Positions 43,722 to 54,244 of a stretch of 64,000 nucleotides of DNA are shown piece after piece. Position 1 is the stretch's first letter, and every line of letters begins with the position of its first letter. The notes below the pieces were generated by a model that saw only the letters and a list, made by a program, of their open reading frames with translations, ran no database searches and was not told where the DNA came from. Both the position numbers and the translations under genes were made by a program. The DNA is from Trypanosoma brucei (Eukaryota). The DNA lies in contig CH464491.1 in the NCBI GenBank assembly GCA_000002445.1, positions 1,056,001 through 1,120,000 on the forward strand. Direction: 5' to 3'.

Positions 43722-44450
43722 ATGCCCTGTAATGAACAGACCTCTCATAAACCGAAGCCCAACCAGCTCGTGGATGGTGGACAGATGAAGGTGTTAAGTG
43801 CAGGGGAGCAGGTACTTGTGCTGAGACATCTCTCAAGGACTTATCGCTTAGGTGTTGCACTTGTTCGAGTGCTAGCGGCACTGCAGTTGCTGCTGGCTTT
43901 TTTGTATATATGTTTAATAATTGTAGGCTACCCGCTGGTAGTGGTTGATTTAAATGATAATATGTCAAATACCTCGGCATCCCCAACGAAACCAGGCGCT
44001 CTTTCCCGTGGGGGTACCGCAGCCATTACCATATCGGCCGTTCTTTTGGCCGTTGCGGGCCTCTCTGATATACGGTCGTGCCGTGGAGTACTTTACGTGC
44101 ATCCTTCACTACCTGATATTGGTAGCCATACAAACAATTTTCCTCGCACCACGCAAACCAGGCATGTGGAAGGGAATACCGATTCCTTTTCTGATATCTC
44201 TCCACGATATCAGTTTGTGATTGCTCTTTTGTCGCTATTACCGACTACCTATTGGCTCTTTACAATGGTTTCATACCGCTGGCACTTGGCACAGAAGGGT
44301 GCATTGTTGTTTGGATTTGTAGAGAACTGGCGAGAACTGTTGATAGTTATATGGCAACCTGTGGGGCATACAATATTTGGAATGTTGCTTGCCTCAATGG
44401 TTTCAGCCAAGGAAGACCTGATCGGCTTGGCGCATATGAAGTACGAGTAA
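43722..44450 (+). CDS. hypothetical integral membrane protein (about 4 predicted TM helices)
   Basis: Hydrophobic stretches LGVALVRVLAALQLLLAFLYICLIIVGYPLVVV, TAAITISAVLLAVAGL, FVIALLSLLPTTYWLFTMV, LLIVIWQPVGHTIFGMLLASMV. First ATG is 43722. Confidence 0.45.
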   Translation: MPCNEQTSHKPKPNQLVDGGQMKVLSAGEQVLVLRHLSRTYRLGVALVRVLAALQLLLAFLYICLIIVGYPLVVVDLNDNMSNTSASPTKPGALSRGGTAAITISAVLLAVAGLSDIRSCRGVLYVHPSLPDIGSHTNNFPRTTQTRHVEGNTDSFSDISPRYQFVIALLSLLPTTYWLFTMVSYRWHLAQKGALLFGFVENWRELLIVIWQPVGHTIFGMLLASMVSAKEDLIGLAHMKYE

Positions 44451-45036
44451 CAGGAGTGTTCATGTTATAAAGCGGTATCCGCAGCGCGAATCATGCGCAC
44501 CAGCGGGGGAGGGGAGGGGACGAACCAAATAAGTGGCGGTTTGGCGATGGGGCCGGTGGGCCCATTTACTCGTAGGGAGTGGAAGGGGTAAATCACGCAC
44601 ATGCTTCTCTCGACCTTTACACAGCTATTTGAAGACAAAAAAAAACTCGCCCTCTCAGGTACACGAGCAAAGATGTGTGTACACATGTACTAGTGCCTTC
44701 TTTTTTTTTTAAATTCAGAACACACTATTTGGTTGTTACTGACTGCTTTTCCCCACATAAATGGTAGAGTTTGCCATTGTCCATGTTGTTCATTGCAACT
44801 GCGCCTATTAAGGAACCGCCTGTTTGCGGTATGCCCATCCATAAAAGTGAGTCGTTTCGTATTCCTCATGCATGGGGTGCCTCTTTGCATTTTTGTGCAT
44901 CAGTATTTTCAGTTAATTCCTCGACTTTCTAACCATTGTAAAATTGGGTAAGCATATATGAATATAAACATTTATTTCCCCCTATTCTCTTGGAGGTGAA
45001 GACTTGGACTGACTTCGTTGGACATAATTTGACAGC

Positions 45037-46101
45037 ATGGGGCACTCGAAGGAAACTGGCAGAAGGGTAAAGAAGGCCAAATGGAAGAAACAGGAGGGAT
45101 CGCGAGTCGTAGAAAAGCAGACGAACCATACTGTAAAGAACGGCCAAGAAAAGAGCAAGAAGTCGTCACAAGGGAATGTTGATGACCGGTACGTTGTAGT
45201 GATCACAAATGTGGAAAATGACTTCGCAAAGGTACACCGGGAGGCCTTTCCCCGCTTCTGCTGCCTGGACAAGAAATTCGAACGTGGATGTTCTTCTCCC
45301 TCCTGTGAAATGGAAAGGAGAACGGGTACCACATCAGATGCATCGCAGGGGCGTGCTCAGTGTCACTACACCGTGTCGGCTCGCACCGAGACTCGGTCAG
45401 TGGAGATAGCGATATACGGTAAAGCTGATGGTAATGTTTCAACCGTGTTTACTCCTGTTCCCGGGAAGCATGCAGCGACTCTTAATGGAGGTAAGAAAAG
45501 TGATGACAGTGCTCCCGTCGCGAAAGCCAAGGGCAAGGAAAGGCATAAACGGGAGGTCGAAGATGACACAATAGTGGAATGTGTCTACGGCCTAACCGGT
45601 AGCGGCACGCGCTTCGACACTCTTGAAGATATGGTCACGAGCCTTTCTCGGAAGCCGTACTTTACGCACCCTCCGAAATTCTTATTAAATATAGCGGGTA
45701 ATGAAGATGGTGCAATTCTGAAGTCACCAAAGGGCATGAAGCGGTCACGTGAAAGCGGGGAAGGGGAACACTCGCAGTCTACACCTTCAGTTGGAGGAGA
45801 ATTGCGCCAGTCGACGGTGCGTCAGTCGGAAATGGTGACAGCTTCCGCCGCCACTTCTTCACGTATCGGTGCGAAGGAACTTCGACAGCAGTTGAAGGAC
45901 ATTCCTGGCTTCGTGACGTGCTGGGCGCTGTACCAGCAACATTTCCGTTTGGTGTTTGTGTCGAAGGCGGCACTATTTAAGGCCAAGCACCTTCTGGATC
46001 AGTTTGAAGTGGATGGCAGCGTCCGCGTATCAATAACACTGCCGGATAGTGCAGCGAAAGAGTTTGTCAACCAACTTTCTGCGGAAGAGAACACCATATA
46101 G
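45037..46101 (+). CDS. hypothetical protein, basic N-terminus, possible RRM-like beta-alpha-beta modules
   Basis: 354-aa ORF starting MGHSKETGRRVKKAKWKK. Segments RYVVVITNVENDFAKVHREAF and GFVTCWALYQQHFRLVFVSKAALFKAKHLLDQF vaguely RRM-like. No firm family. Confidence 0.4.
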   Translation: MGHSKETGRRVKKAKWKKQEGSRVVEKQTNHTVKNGQEKSKKSSQGNVDDRYVVVITNVENDFAKVHREAFPRFCCLDKKFERGCSSPSCEMERRTGTTSDASQGRAQCHYTVSARTETRSVEIAIYGKADGNVSTVFTPVPGKHAATLNGGKKSDDSAPVAKAKGKERHKREVEDDTIVECVYGLTGSGTRFDTLEDMVTSLSRKPYFTHPPKFLLNIAGNEDGAILKSPKGMKRSRESGEGEHSQSTPSVGGELRQSTVRQSEMVTASAATSSRIGAKELRQQLKDIPGFVTCWALYQQHFRLVFVSKAALFKAKHLLDQFEVDGSVRVSITLPDSAAKEFVNQLSAEENTI

Positions 46102-47038
46102 CTGGATTAGTGTAAGTTAACTTCTTATGTGAGAGAGCGCAACCATCTGAATGAAACGCGATAGGAAAATATGTTCTGTGATCGCGTTGTGCAAGGGGAT
46201 GGAGAGCATTAACGGGCCTGTTCATATTCTGGTCGGATGTTGAGGCAATCTAAACTGGCCAACGGTTTCACGGTCTGCTGCTGGGTGAAACGAAGCACAA
46301 ACGACAGAACCAACGCAAGATAGGAACCGTTCCTCCCCCTGCTGCAGTATAGGGCGAGTGAAGATGAACAGGGAATGTGGTTTGTCTGTTGTTTACTCCG
46401 GTGCTGCGTCTTTGGTTGTGCTATACAAGCACAGGTGTGTGTGTGTGTGGAAGGGAACTGCTGGGTGAGTGTTGTGGAAGCCATTGTGCGGATGTTTGCG
46501 TCACCATTTGGTTTCCCCATTAATCGTTAACTAAGCGCAAACTGAATAATGACTTTGTCCACCCTTTACCTTTGTGAACAAGTATTTCCCTCTTTTTCCC
46601 CCTTCCTGCACTGCATTTGGTGGAATAGGGTGAGGAAAGGGATCACATTGGATGGAGGACGCGCAGGTAAGGGGTCTCTAACTTTTCCGTAAAGAAAAAA
46701 CTTTCCAGCAACAACGTTTGTGATATACCCATTGGTCTAATATCTCTTTTTTCATTCTTTTGTCTTTCTCACTTTAACTTTTTTTTGTTGTAAATGTTTC
46801 GTCGTTTATAGTCGTGGTGCAGAGATTCAGGGAAAGAGTGATTGAGCTGGTTTCCCTATTTTTTTGTCGTGATATTACCCTTACAGGGTGTACCATTTGA
46901 TTATTGCGATCGGCAGTGGGGGAGTCAACTCCAGCGGCGGTCAGACAAGAAAGAACCAACCCGTGGAGAGACAAAGGGAATAGGAGTGAAGAGAGAGCGA
47001 AACACCGAAAGCTTTTGGTACCGCCGAAGTCAAACGGA

Positions 47039-48427
47039 ATGGCCCGTCGGCAACGTGTCCCCCGCATAAAGGAACACCGCAAGAAACGGAATAAGAATCC
47101 AAAATTGTCGCCCTACCAGCGTGAGCTACGGCGAACGAAGCTCGCCAATCAACCACCCATCATGAAAGCCAATGGGCGGGATTGTTCGATTAGCCAGCGG
47201 TCCCTTAGTCAATATCTTGCGGAAAGACATGAACGAGAACAACAGCGCAAACAACGGCGACGCGAAAAGGTGGCGGAGGCGGCGGCAGCGGCAGCATCGG
47301 CGAGTGAAGGACCCGGTGGTGTCGGCACCCCCATTGGCAGTGACTCCACTTCCCTTTCCTCTCCTCCTTTAGTGAACAATGGAAACCTCAGTGATGGCTT
47401 GGGAGAACGCAACAAAAAATCAAAGGTGCTAAAGTTAGCCGCAAAACGAGTTCTCACGGCGGAAAAAGCAGACTCCGGGGTGACTGTTGACACTAAGGCG
47501 GCACCCGTACCTCTCAACGAACAGATTGCTGCGACGCTGGCGCGCCCGGTGCTTGCATTTCGCACTCGCGATGGGAGTGGGGCGGAGAGCATCACAGATG
47601 ATAGCAAGGAGTCCATCATTGCCAGGAAGAAAGAGAAGAAACATCGCAAGAAGGTGGAGGCTAGGCGGGAGCGACTGCAGGCAAAGTTGCAGGAGATGGA
47701 GAAGCAGCTAGCCGATGAGGTGCTCTCCACAAAAGGAGGTAAGAAACGAAGGAGAGCTGACCCCGTCGATGCGAAAGACATTGCATACGAAAGGATGCTG
47801 AGGAAGATGCAAAAGGAGAAAGCAGCGACTGAGGCGGCGGAGAAACGTGCGGCAGGCAAGAAAGGCAAGAAGACGGTTGATAGCAACAACTTAGATGGAG
47901 TGAAGGAGAGCCGCAAACGAATCAGTTTTGATGATGGTATCTCTGGTACCGAAACAGGTGATGGGCCGCATAGGCCTATGCGCTACCCGAAGGATAAAGG
48001 TGAGGATCAACCTCGTGATTTCTGTGAGTTGGTGGATGTTGTTCGTTATGGGGAACGTGTAGAAGCGCCACCGGTCTTCGACACGGTGCCAAGCCGCAAT
48101 GCTTCCATTACGCGGCTTGCAAGCCGACTGGACCAATCTTCACAGCGCAGTGCGAAGGGGGCAGCGAAAGGTCCACAGTCAGAGCGACTGCGATTGCTTT
48201 CTTCTGTTGGCGGCATGGGTGAGCAAAGGCGGTTGGAGCGTTTAGGATTTGTTCCCGCTGACGGGAGCACCAAAGTAACGCGTGGATCGGGGCAAGCGTT
48301 GTCCAAGGAGGAGGAGATGGAAAGATTGCGATTGAGCGTAGTGGAAGCTTACAGGCGAAATAAGCGTGTTGCTTTGGAGGCGCGAAACGGGACGGATATG
48401 CGTCACCAATTTCCACTTTTCTCCTGA
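47039..48427 (+). CDS. highly basic K/R-rich protein (nucleolar/ribosome-biogenesis-like low complexity)
   Basis: 462 aa from the first ATG (MARRQRVPRIKEHRKKRNK...). The ORF-track start 46904 is TTG, and the intervening in-frame stretch has no ATG. Lys/Arg/Glu-rich with KKEKKHRKKVEARRERLQAKLQEMEKQL. A 5-codon uORF sits at 46794. Confidence 0.5.
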   Translation: MARRQRVPRIKEHRKKRNKNPKLSPYQRELRRTKLANQPPIMKANGRDCSISQRSLSQYLAERHEREQQRKQRRREKVAEAAAAAASASEGPGGVGTPIGSDSTSLSSPPLVNNGNLSDGLGERNKKSKVLKLAAKRVLTAEKADSGVTVDTKAAPVPLNEQIAATLARPVLAFRTRDGSGAESITDDSKESIIARKKEKKHRKKVEARRERLQAKLQEMEKQLADEVLSTKGGKKRRRADPVDAKDIAYERMLRKMQKEKAATEAAEKRAAGKKGKKTVDSNNLDGVKESRKRISFDDGISGTETGDGPHRPMRYPKDKGEDQPRDFCELVDVVRYGERVEAPPVFDTVPSRNASITRLASRLDQSSQRSAKGAAKGPQSERLRLLSSVGGMGEQRRLERLGFVPADGSTKVTRGSGQALSKEEEMERLRLSVVEAYRRNKRVALEARNGTDMRHQFPLFS

Positions 48428-49341
48428 GAATGCCGCTTTTTCCCATGCTGTTCTCGTGTTGATGTTAACGTCTGTTATAACTTTAATTGTACGTTGAAAG
48501 GATTTGCGACGGTAGCAATCTTCTGCATAGGCACTACGGCAGTTTCAAAACGTTTAATGGATATAAGTATTAAGTCAATTCCACGTGAGAGGACGTATGT
48601 TTGCCTGGAAAAAAGAATCAAGAGAATGGCATGAAAACGGAGGGTATGTGTAAGTGAGGCCTGTGATGTGGGACCATGGGGGCGAGTGAGGGGATACATG
48701 ACGGGGTTGAGAAGCGCGGTGACTCAGTCAAACGAGTAGGAATAACTCGACTCTTTCTTTCTTCATCTCTTGTTTACGCAAGTGTTGTTATTATATGCGC
48801 GAGTTGGGAAGTGATGTCTGCCTTTTTGTGGCGGCAATTGAGTATTACGCATTTCTTTCCGTATTCACTACACTTCTCACTTGCCTGCTGAGTGGTTAAT
48901 CCCGCCCCGACGTGTTGTTGCCGTGTCCTACGCTATTGTTAACCTCATCAGTGGTTGAACGTACGAACACGCACTTTTTGACAGAACGTAAAGTGTCAGA
49001 TGACAGTAATAATAATAATAATAATGATCTTTCTTCCCTCATTTACCAACTGTATATCTACGAGCAGCTCTCTCATGTTTTCTTCAAACCGAATTTATTT
49101 TCTAAAATACGCGCGGCAAGGGAAGGAATTGTAAGTTAAGGGAGGACGGAGGCACCCGTAACACATATAACTGAAGTTGTGAAGGTGGTTGGTGGGAGGA
49201 AGTTTCTCGAACTTTTTTTTTTAAAAAGTAAAGAACAAGGGGGTGCCATTTGATTTCGGGTGCAAAGCACCAATATTTTTTCTCGGGCTTTGGTTACGGC
49301 ATTAACACACAACTGAGCTATTGAAACCTTTGAAGTTCGTG

Positions 49342-52300
49342 ATGGGGCAGCGCTGGCACGACATTCTTATCGCGGGTGATGAAGGTGACCGTTCCTTTAG
49401 TGATGCCGCCCCTTTCGTGGTTGAGGCGCTGGAGATAATATTTCACACCCGGCTGTTACATTCCGGCGTCGGTGTGGAGTGCGACAGCGCGGAGCTCTCA
49501 ACCATCAAAGATGATCACTTGGCGTTTAGGGTTGCACGTAAGGATGTTGAGGCGCTGCGTGGAATGATGGCAACACTTTTGGAGTCCGCCCACGATTCAC
49601 TCTTGACTCTGCAGGCTGCAGACATTTTACCCGACGATTCTGCGGAGAATGCAGTCAATCCTGGTCGTTCCTTATTATCTTGTGACAGAGGTCTCGTTTC
49701 TCCCCGCATCTTGAAGTTAAATCCGTTTCTACGGTCACACCCGACCTTTGACTATAAGGTTTTTCGTGCCAAATTTGAGCGACTCTGTCAAATAGTTGCT
49801 GACGCTCGACTCTTCTCAGCTTGTGAACCGCGGGTTAAGATCCTGCAGAGTCGATATCGGTTGTATCGCGCCTTTAATATGAGGCGAGAAGAACATTTCC
49901 ATCCCACGCTTGGCCCTGGGAATCTCAGGCGTGCCCCCAAGACTGACGTGCGGCGGGTAGGGACATGCATGTCGGCATCATCAGTGGTGGATTTTGTGCA
50001 GAAAACAGTGTCCAATGAGCCAAACCTCGTGCTATCTACCTCAAGCGTGCTTTCCACTGCAACCGACAAGGGCAGAGCCCGCAATCCAATAGGCAGGGGT
50101 TTTACCTCGGAGGTGCAACTGGCGGTACCTCAGCAAACATTTAGCATGCCAACCAAGGATAGTGGCACTCATGACTCTACAGGCGAGCGGACTGTTACGT
50201 TGAAGGCACTTGCTGACGCCTTCTTTGGACCTTCTCTTCCGCCGCAGGATCGGGTCTTCACAATGGAGGGATTGGGACTTCGTTTGAGCAGTTCCAAAAC
50301 AACGTCGCACACGGTTGACATTCTTGAGGCACGTAATGAGCACCATACTGCTGCAAATGCGGTTCCGATCCTGCGACAATTCCTTGACGTTTATAGTGGC
50401 AATGGGGGTGCACTGCTCGGTCGTCTTGTGACGCCGATGATTTCTCGGATATCTCGGAATAAGAAGGATGTGTTGGAGGTTGAATTCACAGTCACTGGCC
50501 ACCGTCCAGGTGAGGTGCAACACATCGCATCTTGGTGTGTTCGCACTGGTTTTTTCGCCTCAGGGGGGAATTGGCCCTCCCTTCGTATCACCATGCGCCC
50601 GTCCGCCGGCGACGGTGGCGAGTGCACGGCAAAAAGCATGGAGGATGTATTGAAACATATATTTGAACCGATTTGGCTCGCACTCCTTTGCCCTGAAAAA
50701 TATCCGGATGTTGCACAACTCTTTCGGCGTCTTGTTTCTGTTTCTGTACTCGTCAGTGGCGAAGCAGGTGTGCAGGAGATGCCCACCGAGGGTGACCCGG
50801 CCATGTACTCCGTGGAGAAGGGTGACATGCCACCTAGTTCGTTTTTCATCTATCACGTTTGGCGCAATGTGCAGCTTTTGAATTGCTTCATCGCGACGCA
50901 TGTCGTTTCTTCCCTGTCGGCGAAAGAGCCCCCTACGTCCACCACAGAGGATGTGAAGGTGGAATTCGGCAACAGTACTGCGCACCCCTCCCACGTACAA
51001 CGGCCCCTGTTCCAGCGCTACGAACCCCTTAAGCGCCAACCACTTCGCTTTCGCCTCTACACATCCGGCACGCGTAAGAAAACGTTCGTCGAAACTGTCA
51101 TTGGTTTACTTGTCACGGACCAGGTGGTTGGCCCTCTGGAGGTCCTTGCATGGAGTTCACTTACGTATTTCTACTATCTAACACAACGTAGCATTGTTGT
51201 GACACCTTACCACACCTACGACAGCACTCCGTACTCGATGCTAAAGCGTGCTATTCCTTTTGCAGTTGAAACAGGACTACGGGTGTCGGTTTCTACAATT
51301 GACCCTCTTTACTTCCACACAAACGAAGAGGCACTGAACGAAGAACTTAACGGTATCATGAAGATCCATCAGGTGAGTACGCCTGAGGTTATGGAGATTT
51401 GTCTCAACTCGGCGGGGTACATCAACTTTGATATTGAGAAGAGGTGTAAGTTTATTGGTGGGCCGTGGCGACGCGTGAGTGCGCAGAACAACAACTTTAC
51501 GGTGACACAGGTGAATTCCCTACGACTGCGCTTTCGTGAGTTGTCTCTCACTCATGAAATGGATCTCTTGTTTCGCAAGGGACTTACTAAGTGGGGCGGA
51601 CACAGCGAAAGCAAGAGACTTTCTGAGGATTTTTTGGTGCATGGTGGTTGGTCGTTACTGGCAACGGGGTCCTCTGCCTCTACCTCAGCGGAGAGACGCC
51701 GGGAGAACCTTTGGCGTTTCTTCGATATTCCACCGCTTCCGGAGAAAGTATCCGGGGCAATGACAATGCCCGGCAGCGGAAGGCGGCTATTTGTGGACAA
51801 ATTGATCAAATTCCCACGCATTGTCGTATTGGGACCGCGAGGTAGAAAAAGAAGTGAAGCACGGTGTGTGGTGGAGGCGCTTCAGCGGCGTGAGTACTAT
51901 AAAGCTTTTACTGTCCATTACGAACTAGCGGCCCCGTTGGCTTCACTGGCAGGTACTGCGGGGGTGGAGGCTTTACTCGCGTCTCAAAGGTCCAGCAGGT
52001 CAAGTGGTCGCGGCTTCACTTCTACGGAAAAGTGGCGGGAGCATCACGATAAGGGGGAGCAAACTCAGCAACCGTCCACGCGAGCGTCCGGTAACATTTC
52101 GTCATCGATTCGTTCATTTTCCTCCCCTGTGGTACGAGAGCAAGGGGTGACAGTCCCCACGACCTTTTGCTTTCGTGATGGGGTGAGGGACGTTGTGGTT
52201 CCTGCAAACGCGAATGCGACAACAAAAGAGTACTTTCGGCCTCTTCCGTCCTGGGCTAAGTTTCAGGCTGACGCAAGACAGTTAAGGGCCCTATCGAGTG

Positions 52301-54018
52301 ATTCATCAATGCTCCGCTACGCAAACCGGCGTCTGGACATGTTGGAATGCAAGTTTAACCTCCATGTAGCGCTTACAAACGACGACCAGGAAACCCAAGA
52401 GGGCCACTTAACAGATATGCTGCGTGAGAAGAGTGACATATACAAGTGTGTTAAGGTGGATGTCCACTGCCATATGGCATCAGGGATGACGGCTAAGGAA
52501 CTTCTTAAATTTATCAAAGAGAAGGTTCGCATGAATCGTAACGATGTGGTGGATATCGATAGGAGTACCGGTTTCCCCATCACATTGGGTGAATTGTTCG
52601 CCAAGATACATGCGGAAAAGCTGAGTGGCACCACATTCGATGTGGAGGACCTGACTATTGCCTCGTTGAACGTTAAGGCTGGGAAGGCAACGTTCAACCG
52701 CTTCGACGTGTTCAACGGGCGGTACAGCCCACTGGGACAATCCGCATTACGTTCACTGCTTCTCAAAACAGATAACTTCATTGGTGGACGCTACTTCGCC
52801 GAACTTATTCGTACTGTGTTTGACCGTCAGGCCGCCGACGGCTACAGCTTCTCCGAATACCGTCTTTCTATTTACGGCAGGTGCCATGATGAATGGGACC
52901 GCTTATCTCGGTGGTTCCTCACCCATGATATGCTGCATCCAACAAATCGTTGGATCGTGCAGGTACCACGGCTTTACGGCATATACCGTCAGAACAAGAT
53001 ATTATCATCCTTCGAAGACCTTTTGACCAACATATTTCTTCCCTTATGGCAGGCCTCCATAGACCCCGAAAAACATCCATTCCTTAACTACTTTCTTGCA
53101 CACGTTAGCGGTTTCGACTTGGTGGACAATGAAAGTGAGCGAGAGACTGACTCGCTGATTAATACCTCCCCTTCACAGTGGACCTCCGTGGAGAATCCTC
53201 CATTTATGTACTGGTTGTATTACATGTGGGCTAACATCACTTCGCTGAACCGCTACCGTGCAGCACGAGGGCTAACCACATTTTCGTTGCGCCCACACGC
53301 GGGTGAGAGTGGCGACCCTGGGCACATGGCCGAGGCATTTCTTGTTGCGGATGGTGTTAATCACGGTATCAACCTTAAGGATACTCCGGTGCTGCAATAT
53401 TTGTATTACCTCGGACAAATACCGCTTGGAATCACCCCCCTTTCCAATAACGCCCTATTTTGCAGGTATAACGAGAATCCCTTTGCACTGTTCTTTCGGC
53501 GTGGCCTCAATGTTGCGCTCTCCACCGATGGGGCGCTCATTTTTCATCACACGGAGGAACCGTTGATCGAGGAATACAGCACTGCTGCAAACTACTGGAA
53601 CTTGTCGCAGGTGGATTTGTGCGAGATTGCCAAAAACAGTGTTCTGATGTCCGGCTTTCCTTCGTACCGAAAGAAAAAGTGGCTTGGGGAGTTGTACGCC
53701 CTGCGCAGTGCAGTCGGCAACGATATGCGTTTGACACGTGTGCCGCAATCTCGCTGCACATTCCGGTATGAGGTATACCTGGAAGAACTGAGCTACCTTG
53801 AGGCAGTGGCATCAAAGGAGGTGTCCCCGAGCCAAATCATGACTTGGCAGTTAGAGGGGTTGTATACGATGACTACCTTGGGTCTTACGCGCGATGAAGT
53901 GATGAAGCAACGACTAAAAAACCAAGGTGTCGGTGAATATGCATCGCCGGTGGAGTCTAGGACGAAAGCAACCACTGTTCTTACGGGGCCAATAATAGTA
54001 GCACCCTCTCGGTTGTAG
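49342..54018 (+). CDS. AMP deaminase (adenosine/AMP deaminase superfamily) with ~950-aa N-terminal extension
   Basis: C-terminal catalytic domain carries AMPD signatures VDVHCHMASGM..LLKFIK (compare [21 protein letters not shown]), EYRLSIYGR, RPHAGESG, and ALSTDGALIFHHTEEPLIEEYSTAA (compare [22 protein letters not shown]). First ATG is 49342 (MGQRWHDIL). Confidence 0.85.
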   Translation: MGQRWHDILIAGDEGDRSFSDAAPFVVEALEIIFHTRLLHSGVGVECDSAELSTIKDDHLAFRVARKDVEALRGMMATLLESAHDSLLTLQAADILPDDSAENAVNPGRSLLSCDRGLVSPRILKLNPFLRSHPTFDYKVFRAKFERLCQIVADARLFSACEPRVKILQSRYRLYRAFNMRREEHFHPTLGPGNLRRAPKTDVRRVGTCMSASSVVDFVQKTVSNEPNLVLSTSSVLSTATDKGRARNPIGRGFTSEVQLAVPQQTFSMPTKDSGTHDSTGERTVTLKALADAFFGPSLPPQDRVFTMEGLGLRLSSSKTTSHTVDILEARNEHHTAANAVPILRQFLDVYSGNGGALLGRLVTPMISRISRNKKDVLEVEFTVTGHRPGEVQHIASWCVRTGFFASGGNWPSLRITMRPSAGDGGECTAKSMEDVLKHIFEPIWLALLCPEKYPDVAQLFRRLVSVSVLVSGEAGVQEMPTEGDPAMYSVEKGDMPPSSFFIYHVWRNVQLLNCFIATHVVSSLSAKEPPTSTTEDVKVEFGNSTAHPSHVQRPLFQRYEPLKRQPLRFRLYTSGTRKKTFVETVIGLLVTDQVVGPLEVLAWSSLTYFYYLTQRSIVVTPYHTYDSTPYSMLKRAIPFAVETGLRVSVSTIDPLYFHTNEEALNEELNGIMKIHQVSTPEVMEICLNSAGYINFDIEKRCKFIGGPWRRVSAQNNNFTVTQVNSLRLRFRELSLTHEMDLLFRKGLTKWGGHSESKRLSEDFLVHGGWSLLATGSSASTSAERRRENLWRFFDIPPLPEKVSGAMTMPGSGRRLFVDKLIKFPRIVVLGPRGRKRSEARCVVEALQRREYYKAFTVHYELAAPLASLAGTAGVEALLASQRSSRSSGRGFTSTEKWREHHDKGEQTQQPSTRASGNISSSIRSFSSPVVREQGVTVPTTFCFRDGVRDVVVPANANATTKEYFRPLPSWAKFQADARQLRALSSDSSMLRYANRRLDMLECKFNLHVALTNDDQETQEGHLTDMLREKSDIYKCVKVDVHCHMASGMTAKELLKFIKEKVRMNRNDVVDIDRSTGFPITLGELFAKIHAEKLSGTTFDVEDLTIASLNVKAGKATFNRFDVFNGRYSPLGQSALRSLLLKTDNFIGGRYFAELIRTVFDRQAADGYSFSEYRLSIYGRCHDEWDRLSRWFLTHDMLHPTNRWIVQVPRLYGIYRQNKILSSFEDLLTNIFLPLWQASIDPEKHPFLNYFLAHVSGFDLVDNESERETDSLINTSPSQWTSVENPPFMYWLYYMWANITSLNRYRAARGLTTFSLRPHAGESGDPGHMAEAFLVADGVNHGINLKDTPVLQYLYYLGQIPLGITPLSNNALFCRYNENPFALFFRRGLNVALSTDGALIFHHTEEPLIEEYSTAANYWNLSQVDLCEIAKNSVLMSGFPSYRKKKWLGELYALRSAVGNDMRLTRVPQSRCTFRYEVYLEELSYLEAVASKEVSPSQIMTWQLEGLYTMTTLGLTRDEVMKQRLKNQGVGEYASPVESRTKATTVLTGPIIVAPSRL

Positions 54019-54172
54019 TGTGCTTCTTTTGTTGTCCCCGTCGTTGTCGCTTCTGGTTATGTTTTTTGAGGGTCTTTATTTTTGTTTCATCCTTTTTTTG
54101 TTTTCATGCCATTCTCTTGGCGTAGCTGTTGCTTAACTAAGTGCGGCGATGTGCTTACTGGGAAGGTGATGT

Positions 54173-54244
54173 GGAAGAGGAAGAAGGATGTGCTGCGGAA
54201 GACAAGTGGGTTAAACGAACGCATGATATTCTTCTTCCTCTTCC
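54173..54244. repeat. 14-bp homopurine/homopyrimidine inverted repeat (ggaagaggaagaag ... cttcttcctcttcc), 44-nt spacer
   Basis: 54173-54186 is the reverse complement of 54231-54244. Lies just downstream of the AMP deaminase stop. Confidence 0.85.
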
